Origin: Malacoraja senta
Taxonomy: Eukaryota
Assembly: GCA_038087875.1 (NCBI GenBank)
Contig: CM075997.1
Location: forward strand, 6,822,001-6,886,000
DNA length: 64,000 nucleotides
Reading direction: 5' to 3'
Each line of letters starts with the position of its first letter. The stretch's first letter is position 1. Below the pieces are notes generated by a model. It had not been told where the DNA came from, searched no databases, and saw only the letters and a program-made list of their open reading frames with translations. A program made the position numbers and the translations under genes. This document shows, piece by piece, positions 37,137-49,300 of the stretch.

Positions 37137-37850
37137 AATGGTAGGCATCCGAGGAGTGTTGTACAGCAGTGGGATCAGGGAGTACAGGTGCATGGTTTCT
37201 TGAAGGTCGAGTCGCAGGTACATAAGTTTGTGGAAAAGGCTTCTGGCACATTGTCCTTCATCAGTCACAAACAGTGAGTATAAAAGTTGTGAGGTCACGT
37301 TGCATTGTGTGAGACGCTGGTGAGACCACGCTTAGAATATTATGTTCAGTTCTGGGCACCATGTTATAGGAAAGATATTGTCAAACTTGAAAGGGTTCAG
37401 AGAAGATTCACGACGATTAGAAGGTGTGAGCTAAAGGAAGTCTGAGTAGGGTCTTTATTGCTTGGAGCGCAGGACGATGAGAGGAGGTCATACAGAGGAG
37501 TATAAAATAATCAGAGGAATATACCGGGTAGATGAACATAGTCTATTGCCCAGAGTAGAGGAATCGAGGACCAGAGAACACAGGTTCAAGGTGAAGGGGA
37601 AAATATTTAATTGAAATCATTTTTCACACAAAGTGTGGTGAGTGTATGGAGTAAGCTGCCAGAGGAGGTAGTTGAGGCTGGGATCATCCCAACAATGAAT
37701 AAACAGTTAAACATGTACATGGATAGGACAGGATTTGAGGGATGTGGACAAAGCGAAGGCAAGTGGGCCTCTTATAGCTGGGACATGTTAGCCGATTTGA
37801 GGAAGTTTGGCCGAATGGCCTGTTTCCACACGGTATCCCTCTATGACCCC

Positions 37851-38262
37851 AAGAGAAGAGAAGACAAAATAGAAGAGAAGAGAAGAGAAGAGAAGAGAAG
37901 AGAAGAGAAGAGAAGAGAAGAGAAGAGAAGAGAAGAGAAGAGAAGAGAAGAGAAGAGAAGAGAAGAGAAGTGAAGAGAAGAGAAGAGAAGAGAAGAGAAG
38001 AGAAGAGAAGAAGAGAAGAGAAGAGAAGAGAAGAGAAGAGAAGAGAAGAGAAGAGAAGAGAAGAGAAGAGAAGAGAAGAGAAGAGAAGAGAAGAGAAGAG
38101 AAGAGAAGAGGAAGAGAAGAGAAGAGAAGAGAAGAGAAGAGAAGAGAAGAGAAGAGAAGGAGAAGAGAAGAGAAGAGAAGAGAAGAGAAGAGAAGAGAAG
38201 AGAAGAGAAGAGAAGAGAAGAGAAGAGAAGAGAAGAGAAGAGAAGAGAAGAGAATGGAAGAG
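37851..38262 (+). repeat. (GAGAA)n pentanucleotide microsatellite, ~400 bp
   Basis: Direct inspection; a related purine tract lies at 30040-30245. Confidence 0.98.
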
Positions 38263-38370
38263 AAGTAAAATGGAATGGAAGGTAGGGGATGGAAATGGAA
38301 GAGCAGGAAATGGAGGGGAAGATAGGAAAAGGAAGGTAATGGAGGGGGTGTACCTGGAGGAAAGGGAACG

Positions 38371-40906
38371 GAATAGACAATAGACAATAGGTGCAGGAGT
38401 AGGCCATTCGACTATTCGAGCCAGCACCACCATTCACTGTGATCATGGCTGATCATTCACATTCAGTACCCCGTTCCTGCCTTGTCACCAAATGCCCTGA
38501 TCCCGCTATCTTTAAGAGCTCTATAACTCTCTCTTGAAAACATCTAGAGAATCCAGAGAATCCAGAGAACCATCCTTCACAACTCACTGGGAAAAAAACG
38601 TGTTTCCTCATCACTGTTCTATATGGCCTACACTTTATTCTTGAACTGTGGCTCCTGGTTCTGGCCTCCCCCAACATCGGGGACATGTTTCCTGCCCCTA
38701 GCGTGCCCAGTCCCTTAATAATCTTATATGTTTCAATGACATTGTAGAATCCCCGAATTCCCAGGACCGAAAGTAAATGACAAGCGACACTAAGCTTTAC
38801 CAAACACCTTGTGCCTCGTTTATTCCAAAACACCCTTTAAACATAAAATCTCCTCATTACTACTGCAGCTAGGGCCAATTAGTGCATCTGACCTCGGAGT
38901 TGTAAATCAGCTCTTGTGTCTCGACCGTTACGCGAGGCTGCTGGCTAGCTGCCAGCGGTAACAAACTGTACCTAAAAACCACGTGGGCATGAAGTCGCCA
39001 CAGCTCCCCTCAAGGTGGCGACTGCTTGGTTTTCACCTGCTCCGTACCGGTCTGGCGGATTGATTTTGCTGCCTGATCTCGTTAGGTACTGCAGTGTGGG
39101 AGGTCTTTGACAGGAGTTGTTCTCGACATACGCTGGCTCTAACCGGTCGACAGATACAGTGTCCGTTTTTCCGTTCCGATTGATTACGAATCTCTTGGGT
39201 AGGCATTGAATGACTTGGTAGGGCCATCGTGTACTTGGTGAAGAGGCCGGCGGGCGGCGTCGTGTCGGACCAAAACATATGTGCAGCTTTGGAGATCACC
39301 AGATGAAACGTTCAGAGATGAGCTTTATCGTAGCCTTCTTGCCCGGATGTGATAAATTATGCAGCGCGCTGAAAACTTCTCGATCCTTCCTCCAAGGCAC
39401 AAACAGCCTAAGTTTGCCAGCAGAAGTGTCATAAATGATGGTTTCTCTCCTGTTTTGCGGTGGGCAAACTAGCCACCGCCTTTTTCTCATCGACTGCCTA
39501 TTCGGTATGCAATATCTTATTGACTCCGGCGCCGAGTTATCAGTCGTTCCTCCCAGTTTCGAAGAGCGTTTACTCCCTAACCCTGAATGTTTCTCACTGC
39601 CGCGAACAATTCTAGCATACAGACATCCGGTCATTAATCAGTCACGTTCGACTTCGGTCTGCAGGAAATGTTTCGCTGGATTTTCACAATCGCCGGCCTA
39701 GCAAAACCTATTATCGGAGCGGTTTTTCTTTCACACTTTTCTTTGCTGGTGGATTTAAGAAATCGCCGCTTGAGTGATTGCGGCACTTGTGCGCAGGTGA
39801 ACTGCATTTACCGTCCGGCAATGTCGGCCTATTTGCGAGCTCATCCGTGCAGGCCGAATGAAACATATCTATCAGATGCCCCTGCACCTGAGTAACCATG
39901 CGTCGGAGAGACTTCTGCTTCCAGACATCACCGTCAATGTCTTCAACTCTCTCCAGCCTGTGCCATCTCCGCAGCATTTGTGATGGCCTCCTATCGTCGA
40001 GATTATCATCTCCCGGCAGCTCCGAAATGCGGGCATGCTTCAAGGGCTGCGTGCGCTCCAAGACAGCGGATTCAATCTCCTTGTATGGCGCCAAATCATT
40101 AGGATTAAGGAGCACGTCCTCTACTTCGCATGCGATCTGCTCTGGAAGCCGTGCTGCTAGGCACCCGAATTTCTTTCGTTGGTTTCTGACAGGAGTGAAA
40201 TCGAGCTTCTAATATCGAAAACCATATTCTTGCGTTGGTTGTAAAAAAAACATAGGGACGTCGAGTTTTACTTCGACTGACACCGCGTCACTTTTATCGT
40301 CGTACATTTCGTAAGTAAATTGAAGGTTGCGTGCAGCCACGAGGTCACCAGTTGTACAATCCACTAAATCTCACGACCGAATGTAAAGGACAAGCGACAC
40401 AAAATTTTGCCAAACACCTTGTGCCTCGTTTATTCCAAACACCCTTTTAACATAAAATCTCCTCATTACTCCTCGTGTGCAGAAAAGGCCACTTCGTGCG
40501 TCTGACCTCGTAGTTCTTGTTCACCTCTTGTGCCTCGACCTTCACGAGTCTGCTGGTTAGCTGCCAGAAGATCCCCTCTCATCTTTCTAAATTCCAGAGT
40601 ATACTAGCCCAGCCGCTCTATTCTATCAACACATGACACTCCCGCCATCCCGTGAATTAAGCCCATGAACATACGCTGTACAACCGCAGAAGAATCTGTT
40701 GTATCTGCCTGCTTACTTTTAGTGAGTGCTGAAAAAGGACCCCTAGATCTCTTTGTACTTCCCCTTTTCCCAACTTGACACCATTCAGATAATAATCTGC
40801 TTTCTTGTTTTTGCCACCATAGTGGATAACCTCACATTTATCCACATTAAACCTAATCTGCCACGCATCCGGTCAATCACCAAACCTATCCCTGCATCCT
40901 CATAGC
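38371..40906 (-). mobile_element. CR1 3' fragment split by an LTR element (38371-38742 and 40568-40906)
   Basis: atcttatatgtttcaatga ... agatcccctctcatc is colinear with other CR1 copies in the window. Confidence 0.8.
38743..40567 (-). mobile_element. Internally deleted and rearranged Ty3/Gypsy element (3' LTR 38743-39002, truncated 5' LTR 40353-40567)
   Basis: Direct-repeat LTRs, TG..CA; PBS TGGTGACCTCG; PPT-like GAGGGGAGC. gag remnant (PYKEIESAVLER..DRRPSQMLR) and integrase remnant (LHNLSHPGKKATIKLISERFIW) on minus; protease (YLIDSGAELSVVP) on plus. Confidence 0.85.
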
Positions 40907-41274
40907 AAGGAAATGGAAAATGACGGAACAGCGAAAGTAAGGCACTGTGAAATAAATAGAGAGAGGGGTGTGTATGTAGGAATGAACTGCAGACGTTGGT
41001 TTAAATCGAAGATAGACGCAACATGCTGGAGTAAATCAGCTGGTCAAATAGCATCTCTGGAGAAAAGGTAAGGAGACACTTCGGTTTGAAACCCTTCTGT
41101 GGACTGAGACTCAAGGAAAATTGAAACGAGAGATAGAGACGGCGATGTGGCGCGAAGTAGAACAAATGAATGGAAGTTATCCAAAGAAGTATGGATTATA
41201 AAGGGAATAGGCATTGAGAGCTGTTTGCTAAGTGACAACGAGTACAATGAGATTCAACAAGACGTTCTTTGAAG

Positions 41275-41474
41275 NNNNNNNNNNNNNNNNNNNNNNNNNN
41301 NNNNNNNNNNNNNNNNNNNNNNNNNNNNNNNNNNNNNNNNNNNNNNNNNNNNNNNNNNNNNNNNNNNNNNNNNNNNNNNNNNNNNNNNNNNNNNNNNNNN
41401 NNNNNNNNNNNNNNNNNNNNNNNNNNNNNNNNNNNNNNNNNNNNNNNNNNNNNNNNNNNNNNNNNNNNNNNNNN
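41275..41474. other. Assembly gap (200 N)
   Basis: Run of N. Penelope-like remnants on both sides (41005-41274 terminal repeat; 41475-41800 RT C-terminal part). Confidence 1.
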
Positions 41475-42812
41475 GGAGCGGTCTCTCCGAAATGGGGAAA
41501 GGGGTGTGGATGGGACGATGTGCCTCGTGATGCGAAAATATTGAAGGCGGCGGAGAATACCAGAATATTGTGTGGTGGATGCGCAGGCTAGTGGGGTAAA
41601 AGATAAGGACCAGGGGAACTCTCTCCTTGCTTCAGTTCGGGGAGAAGGGACGCGAACATTTGGGAGACACAGATGAGGAATGGGTGGTGATCCATGCGCA
41701 GCAGCATGGGGGGGGGGGGGGGTGGGGGGGAGGCACGTATATTGAAGAAATGGGATTTCTCAGAACTTCTAGAATGGAACGCCTCGCCTCAGCTATGGTG
41801 AAAATGGTGACATTGTTTAAAACCTCGAGCAGCGATAGTAGAAGTGAATCGTTCCATCGAGCGCAACCATGTGGAAGAAATTGTCGAATTGTTTGAAACC
41901 ACTCCACAGTGTCGGAAGAAGTGAGCCTTTCCATTGAACACAGCCTTACGTGTCGGCCTGAATTACAAACAGAAAACGGTGGTAATTTCTATAAATTGCT
42001 CAGCGTCGGCACTTAAACCATTTCCAATCGTTGTCCCTTCGGAAGTTATGTTCAGACTCAAACTAAATGAGCAAAGACAAGAGAAAACATTGTACACAAC
42101 ATCCCCAATGACAGTGCAAACAGTTGCGATAGTTCCAAGGGCGTTTCTCTCTGAAATCCGTACATTCCGGCTGAACAACCCGGAGCATCCGGAGTCTCGG
42201 TCTTGAGAGTTCTCAGAGAGGCTCCCAATTAGTTCAGTGTGGGGGCATTGAGAGCGCCCGTCTCCGGAGAGCGCAGTGTCACACAGCCAACATTGACACG
42301 AACAGACAAAAACTGCCTAATCGTCAGCGTCCCTGGGAGGGCACGAATCACCATGGTTCTGTTCTGGACCAAACACGCAAACCGATGGCGCAGAGAAAAC
42401 CTGAAGAAAGCGGAGACAAAGGGACCAAATACGGGTTGGTGAGCGGTGACCAATGATCATTGTCTGCTCCCGCTGTTCACAATGAGCTTTAGTGATTTGA
42501 ATCAGAGAGTTAAGGCCAATATGATACAGTAAATTATAGAAACATTCAGCTGATTGGGTAGCATATTTGCAGAGGAAACAGATGCTACCCGCCCTGTGGA
42601 GATTTTCAACATTTTCCGATCTTTGTTTCAGTTTTCCAGCACCTGCACTTTGTTTGCTTTCACTGATAATTTCTACAAGTTTGCTGATGATAATGAATAT
42701 GTATATCAGTGCGGACTGTGATGAGGATACGGAGAAGCTTTCGGGCTTATCGACAGGAGCAAAGAATGGGCGCTGAGACGGTGAATGGCAGGTGATACGT
42801 AAAATTGTGAGG

Positions 42813-42912
42813 TGGTCTTAAAGAAGGGCCTCGACCCGAAACGTCACCTATTCCTTCGCTCCATAGATGCTGCCTCACCCGCTGAGTTTCTCCAGCATTT
42901 ATATCTACCTTC
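42813..42912 (+). mobile_element. Penelope-like terminal repeat with mutated hammerhead core
   Basis: gtcttaaagaagggcctcgacccgaaacgtcacctattccttcgctccatagatgctg..; homologous to 1365-1459. Confidence 0.75.
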
Positions 42913-43119
42913 CTATTATTTATTGGTGAGTGATTGAAAGGTACCAGCGTTTTAGTCTTGCACATCAAGGAACGACATATAACATGCAGGTCCAAGGCAG
43001 GTGCAAACAGGCAAACGGTACATTTTCTTTTTTGCATAAGAGTTTTGGTATCAGAGCAAATACGTTTAACTGTGTACCTTATTTTATTTGCACTGAGCTC
43101 TGAATATACGCAATCTTGA

Positions 43120-45145
43120 ATATATGATGTTAAGAACCAGTAGCGGTAGAAGGACACTCGCCTTGTACCGGTAATGTAAGGTAGGATGGAATCTTCCGTC
43201 TAACGAAGACGCCACAGCTCTTCCCACAAGAATGATGTCCAAATCCATATTTCAGGCTCACCTTATGATCAATCAAAGCAACTCTGTACCCACGGAATCC
43301 GTAATACAGGGCCGCAACGCCAGATCCGCTGCCTACAAGTCAAACGATCCCGAGCGGTGCATACGGGTCCGCTATGTCCGCTGCAAAACAAACAAGGATT
43401 GCACGAGGCAATGGCGGGTCAGACTTGTCCCATTATATTCAATCGATACACGGAGAACGTTGCAATGTCTGAATGAGATAATTGGCTGCAAAGTATGGTC
43501 AGGCAACATCATTATTGATAGTGCGACCCTGACTGAAGATCTGAATAATGTATATGCTGTCTTCAACAGAAGACCAACAGGGCGGTAACACCTGGCCATT
43601 CCGACTAATGTGTACCCCCCCCCCCGGGTGACTAATGCAGAGGTTAGGTCGGCCTTACTGATGGTAACCCAATGGAAAGCAAATTGCCAAAACGGGGCTC
43701 CTGGTCGTGTCTTGGTAGCTGCGTGGACCATCTAGCGGGTGTATTCGAATACATATTAAATCTCCCCCTGCTCCATTCTGAGGTACCCACCTGCTTCAAG
43801 AAGAGCGCAATCATCCGTGTGCCGAAGAAAAGCAAGGTCTCATGCATAATCGATGACCTTCCAGTGGCCTCGACATCAACCTTCATGAAATGTTTTGAAG
43901 CTCTAGTTATGTAACGCGTGACATCTAATCAACGTCCTTGACCTACTGCACAACGACTACAGGCACAACAGGTCCACGGACGATACCATCGCCCTCGCTC
44001 TGCACTCATGCTTGGAACACGTGGATAAGGGAGACACCAATGTCATAGACTACAGATCTGCATATAACACCATATAACAGATCTGCATATAACAGATCTG
44101 CATATAACATTCAACCTTATCACCAAACTCGCGGGACATGAGGTCGGCACACATGTCTTCAACTGGATCCAAACAAACCCCAATCAATGAGGAAAGGGTA
44201 CAAACCATCCTCTACGATAATCCTCTACGAACACTCGTGCTGCGCAATGATGCGTTTTCAGTGTCGTCCTTTGTTCCTGTACACCCACGACTGCACAGCC
44301 ATATATCAATCAAATTTATTTTTTAAATTCGCAGGTGATATCACCATTGTCGGCCGGATATTAAATAATGATGACACGGAATAAAGGAAGGAGATTGAGA
44401 ACCGCGTGGCCTGGTATCGAGACAGAAACCTTCTCTCAATGTCAGCAAGGTAAAAACAGATAGTGATCGGGCTCAGGAAGCGAAACGGTACACTTACCTC
44501 AGTTTGGATTGCTGGCGCCGAAGGGGAGATGGTTGAAGACTTCAAATTCCAAGGAATCAATATCACCAACCACTTCTCATGCACCACCATTATTCAAGCC
44601 ACGACCAAGAAACACACCAACGCCTCCACCTCGAAGGCTTAGGATGCCGGGCATGTTTCCAGCAACCCTCGCCATAGAAAGCAGTCTGTCGGGATGCATC
44701 GCAGCTTGGTTCGGGAAAACTCCATCCAAGACAGCAAAATAGGGCAGCGAATTGCGGACGCATCCAGTTAAATGGCCTCCATTTCGTTCTTTAGCAGAGA
44801 ATTCCATAGATTCACAACACTCCTCTCCCGTCGGACAAAAGGTATGCATACCTCCAGATTCGGGGACAGTGTTTCCCAGCAGTTATCAGGCAAATGTTTC
44901 ATTCAACCTCAACTAGACAGCGGTCCTGAACTACTATCTACCTCATTGGTGACCCTCGGACTACCTTTGTTCGGGATTTACTGACTTTTCTTTGCAGTAA
45001 ACGCTACACCCTAATCCTGTATCTATACAATGTAAATGGCTCGATTGTAATCATCCATTGTCTTTACGTTAACTGGGTAACACGCAGCAAAAGTGTTTTC
45101 ACTGTATCTCGGTACACGTGACAATAAACTGAACAACTGTAAACT
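43120..45145 (+). mobile_element. Rex1/Babar-like LINE, decayed RT and 3' end
   Basis: LAGVFEYILNL..VPTCFKKSAIIRVPKK..PVASTSTFMKCFEALV; FKFAGDITIVG; AIESSLSGCIAAWFG; ends gtgacaataaact. Confidence 0.8.
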
Positions 45146-45589
45146 GTAATATCTTCAGAGTACCATATTCGTTACTGTTCGCACATATCTTTAAACAAAA
45201 CACACTTGCCACTAATGTCCCTCCCCACCCCCACCTCCCCCCAAAAAACACCCCATCCTTTGTTTCAGATTCGTTCCACTGAACCCTGCTCCACAGCAAC
45301 CAGCTGTGCGGTGCCCACCCCACACCTTGGCGCTGGCTACAACAAACTCACTATGTACTCCTGCAGTATGCAACAATCTCTCCGATACATCCTATTGATC
45401 TGCGAGACCAACAAGGGATGAGCACTACTATTTCAACTAATATTTCAACTAGTCCCAGCGTCAAATACCTCCTCTGGCAGCTTGTCGCATACACCCACAT
45501 TTCTTTGTATGAAAAAGTTACCACTCGGATTGCTATAAATTTTTTCCCCTTTCGCGTTGAACCTATGTCCACTGGTCCTCGATTCCCCG

Positions 45590-46325
45590 ACCCGGCGCGG
45601 GATTACTGCAGCGGCCCCTACAGCCTGTCTGTCTTTTTTTTATTTTTGTCTAGTTAAATGTAGTTATTCGTGTTTTGTTGTTGTACTGTCTTAATTGTGT
45701 ATATGTGGGGGGTGGGGGGGGGGGGGTAGGGGGAACTTTTAAAATCTCTTCCCTGAACGGGAGACCCGACCCTTTCCCTGTCGGGTCTCCGTTGTCGTTG
45801 GGGCCTAGCTCCGTGGAGCGTCCTCCAACCGGAACGATCTGGGGGCTCCAGTCGCGGAGCCTGCGAAGCTGCGGACTCACCATCATGGGGCTGGCCGGCC
45901 TCGGAACGTGTAGAGCGGTGGTGGCTCGCTGCTCACTCCGGAGCTCGGAGGCTCCAGCTGCATACCGGTGGACTGGGACATCGGGAGCTCGCGGGTCCGG
46001 GGGAGAGCCCGCTTTTCGGAGCTCCCGCCACGCGACTTCTCCAGCTCCTGTCGCGGTGTTGGAACAACGCGGAGCGGGGCCGTACATCGCCCGGCGCAGC
46101 TTTAATGGCCGCGGGACATTCCAGCGCCCGCAGGGGGCTCCAACTTTGTGACTTTTGGACTGGAGCGGGGTCGTACATCGCCCGGCGCGGCCTAAAATGG
46201 CCGTGGGACTTACCATCGCCAGCCTGGGGCTCCAACATCGGGAGAGAAATGGTGCAGGGGAGAGAAAAGACTTTGCCTTCCATCACAGTGAGGAGGAGAT
46301 TCACTGTGATGGATGTTTTTCTGTA
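45590..46325 (+). mobile_element. Unclassified non-autonomous retroposon-like repeat; its 3' end lies beyond the L1 at 52612-52737
   Basis: GC-rich body with internal repeats. The distal piece ends in aataaa plus (tctaa)n and is duplicated at 57031-57156. Confidence 0.5.
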
Positions 46326-46327
46326 TT

Positions 46328-49300
46328 TTTTTAAAAATATATTTATTTATTTATTTATGTTTATTTATTTTTTTTAATTTTCACTAGTAAAGGGAAAGGA
46401 TGAAATTGAGAGAAAGAAGAAAGTGAAGGAAAAAGTGAAAGTGTAGAAAACGTGACAACAAGAAAGAACGAAGACCCTATAAGAACAAAATTAAAAACAA
46501 AAGAAAAGGAGTTAAGAAATAGACCCTAGAAAAGAAGAAGAAAGAGAAAGAGGGAAAAGAGAAAAACAAATGGTTTTTGTAAGCATCACGCAAATGGGAC
46601 ATACCAACTCCCCAATTTTCATCCCCCCTTACCTGACCTCAGTTTTGTTTTTAAAGTACTTTTGCACCCTATATTTGTAATAATTCTATAAATGCAGACC
46701 ACGTCAGGTGGAAGTGATCTGGTTTACCTGCCAGGAGGAGTCCTATCTCTTCTAGGTGTAATGTTTCGAACATATTTGAAATCCACATGTTTATAGTTGG
46801 TATTGGAGCCTGTTTCCAAAATTTTAGGATTAGCTTTTTTCCAGTTATTAACCCATAGTCTATTAGTTTCTTTTGGAACACATTTAGTTCTGGACCATCT
46901 TCCGTTATTCCGAAGATAATCCATTCTGCTTTGGGTATCAGTATTATTTTAAATAATTTTGTAAAGATTTCAAAAATTTCAATCCAACATTTTTGACTTT
47001 TTGTACAGAAAACAAATTAGTGCGCTATAGTAGCTTCTTGGGATTGACATTTATCACAAATGGATGATACATTGGGGAAAATTTTATGGATTTTAGTTTT
47101 GGAATAATATAATCTATGTAAGGTTTTAAATTGTATTAAAATGTGTCTTGCATTAATCGAACATTTATGCACGTTTAATAAGTGTTAATTCCACCTTTCC
47201 TTTGAGATTTTAATAGCTAATTCTTGTTCCCAGTCTCTTCTGATACCCTCCGTAGATGGTATTTCTACATTTAAGATAATATTATACAAATATGATATTA
47301 AGTTTGCTGATTCAGCTTTTATCCGCATTGCATCATCCAATACATCTGCTGGGCTATTATAATGATCTTTTGTATATTTTTTCAAATAGTCGCATATTTG
47401 AAAATATTTAAAATATTGATTATTTCCGAGTTTATATTTTATTTGTAATAGTTGAAATGAAAGTAATTTTCCAGTTTCATACAAGTCACCGAACGTTTTA
47501 ATTCCTGGTCTATCCCAGTGTGTGAAAGATGTATATATAATAGAGGGATTAAACGAAGGGTTATTAACTATGGGAGATAAAAGTGATAGATTTCTTAATT
47601 TTAAATGTTGTTTTATTTGTTTCCAAATTCGGATTGTGCTATGTATAATTGGGTTCTTATTATAATTTATGTTATTCAGTTTCATTGGTGAGAGGAGGAT
47701 CGCTCCAATGTTTCCAGAGGAGCAATCCTCTCTCTCCATTACAATCCAGTCCACTTGCTGGGCAGAGTTATCCATCAGTTGAATCATATTTTTAATATTT
47801 ACTGACCAGTAATAATACATGAAATTAGGTAGTGCTAAACCACCTAATACTTTAGGTTTATTCAAGTGAGTTTTTTGTATTCTATGTGATTTATAGTCCC
47901 ATATAAAATTAGTGATATCTGAGTCCAGTTTAAAAAAACACTTCTTTGGTAAGTATATAGGAATCGATTGGAATAGGTATAAAATTTGTTGTAGAAAGAT
48001 CATTTTTATTGCATTTATTCGGCCTATTAAAGACATCGGGAGCGCTTTCCAAAATTTAATTAGTGTGTTTAATTTATTGAGTAGGGGATCAAAATTTGCT
48101 TTAAACATACCTTGATATGTTCTAGTAATTTCGATTCCCAAGTATTTGAATTTTTCTGTAGCTATTTTAAAAGGGAATTTTAAAAGGTGTTGAATCTTTC
48201 GGTTTTATTGACATAATTTCACTTTTATTCCAATTTATTCTGTATCCAGAAAAAGATCCAAAGTCTTCAATTAAATTTAATATATTTGGTATAGTAATTT
48301 GAGGTTTTGTAATGTACAGTAATATATCATCCGCGTATAAAGATATTTTATTATTTGTATCTTTAGTATTATACCCATGGATATCAGGGTGTATTCTAAT
48401 TTTTTCTGCTAACGGTTCAATAATAAGAGCAAACAACTGTGGTGATAATGAGCATCCTTGTCTATTTCCCCTTGATAGTTGAAATTTCGAGGTTAATATA
48501 TTATTAGTTAGTATTCTAGCTGTAGGTTTATTATATAATAATTTAATCCATAGAATGAAATTCTCTCCCAGTTGGAATTTTAGTAATACTTTATCCATAT
48601 AATTCCATTCTACTTGGTCAAATGCTTTTTCAGCATCCAGCGAAATAATTGATAATTCTTGTTCTGCAGATTTGTGTGAGTAAACGTCTCATATTGTTAG
48701 ATGAGTATCTCTTAGGGATAAACCCCGTCTGATCTGGGTTTATTAGTTTACTAATATATTTACTTAATCTTCTAGCTAATGTTTTTGCTAATATTTTTTG
48801 ATCTGTGTTTAACAATGCTATAGCTCTGTATGAACCCGGTTCTTCTATATCTTTGTCTTTCTTAAGTATTAGTGTAATCGTTGATTCCGCTAATGTATCC
48901 GGTATTATTTGTTTTTTAAAACCATATTGGTACATTTTTTGTAATCTTGGTATAATTTTGTCATAGAAGCTTTTATATAATTCACTAGTAAATCCACCAG
49001 GACCTGGTGTTTTACCATTCTTTAGTGAGTTTATTGTATCTTCTAATTCCTTAATTGAGATTTGTGCACCCAATTCCTCTTGTTCCTTCAACTCTAACTT
49101 TGGAAGATTACAATTATCCAAAAACTCTGTGCTTTTATTGGAGTCAGTTGTCGTTTTAGATGTATACAAATTCTCATAAAATTGCGCAAACCTTTTATTA
49201 ATATCCTTCGGTATGGTTAATAATTCCCCTTTTTCTGATTTAATCTTTGGGATCGTTTGTTCTTTTTCTCGTTTTTTAGCTGGCGAGCCAAAAGTTTATG

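Larger units (their letters stand above)
30245..37846 (+). mobile_element. Host CR1 RT-to-3' fragment split into three pieces (30245-30285, 31462-31736, 37137-37846)
   Basis: The pieces join colinearly across the insertions: aggcctgcgactaa|tggtgtacctcag and acggtgaat|ggtaggcatccgaggagtg. Confidence 0.75.

Noticed and set aside
37684..38446. Long SSLLF / RREEK ORFs
   Set aside because: Translations of the (GAGAA)n microsatellite.
41632..42206. Possible second GPCR pseudogene (hydrophobic short ORFs)
   Set aside because: No GPCR motifs and no alignment by eye to the receptor at 22129-24642; the left part is Penelope-like.
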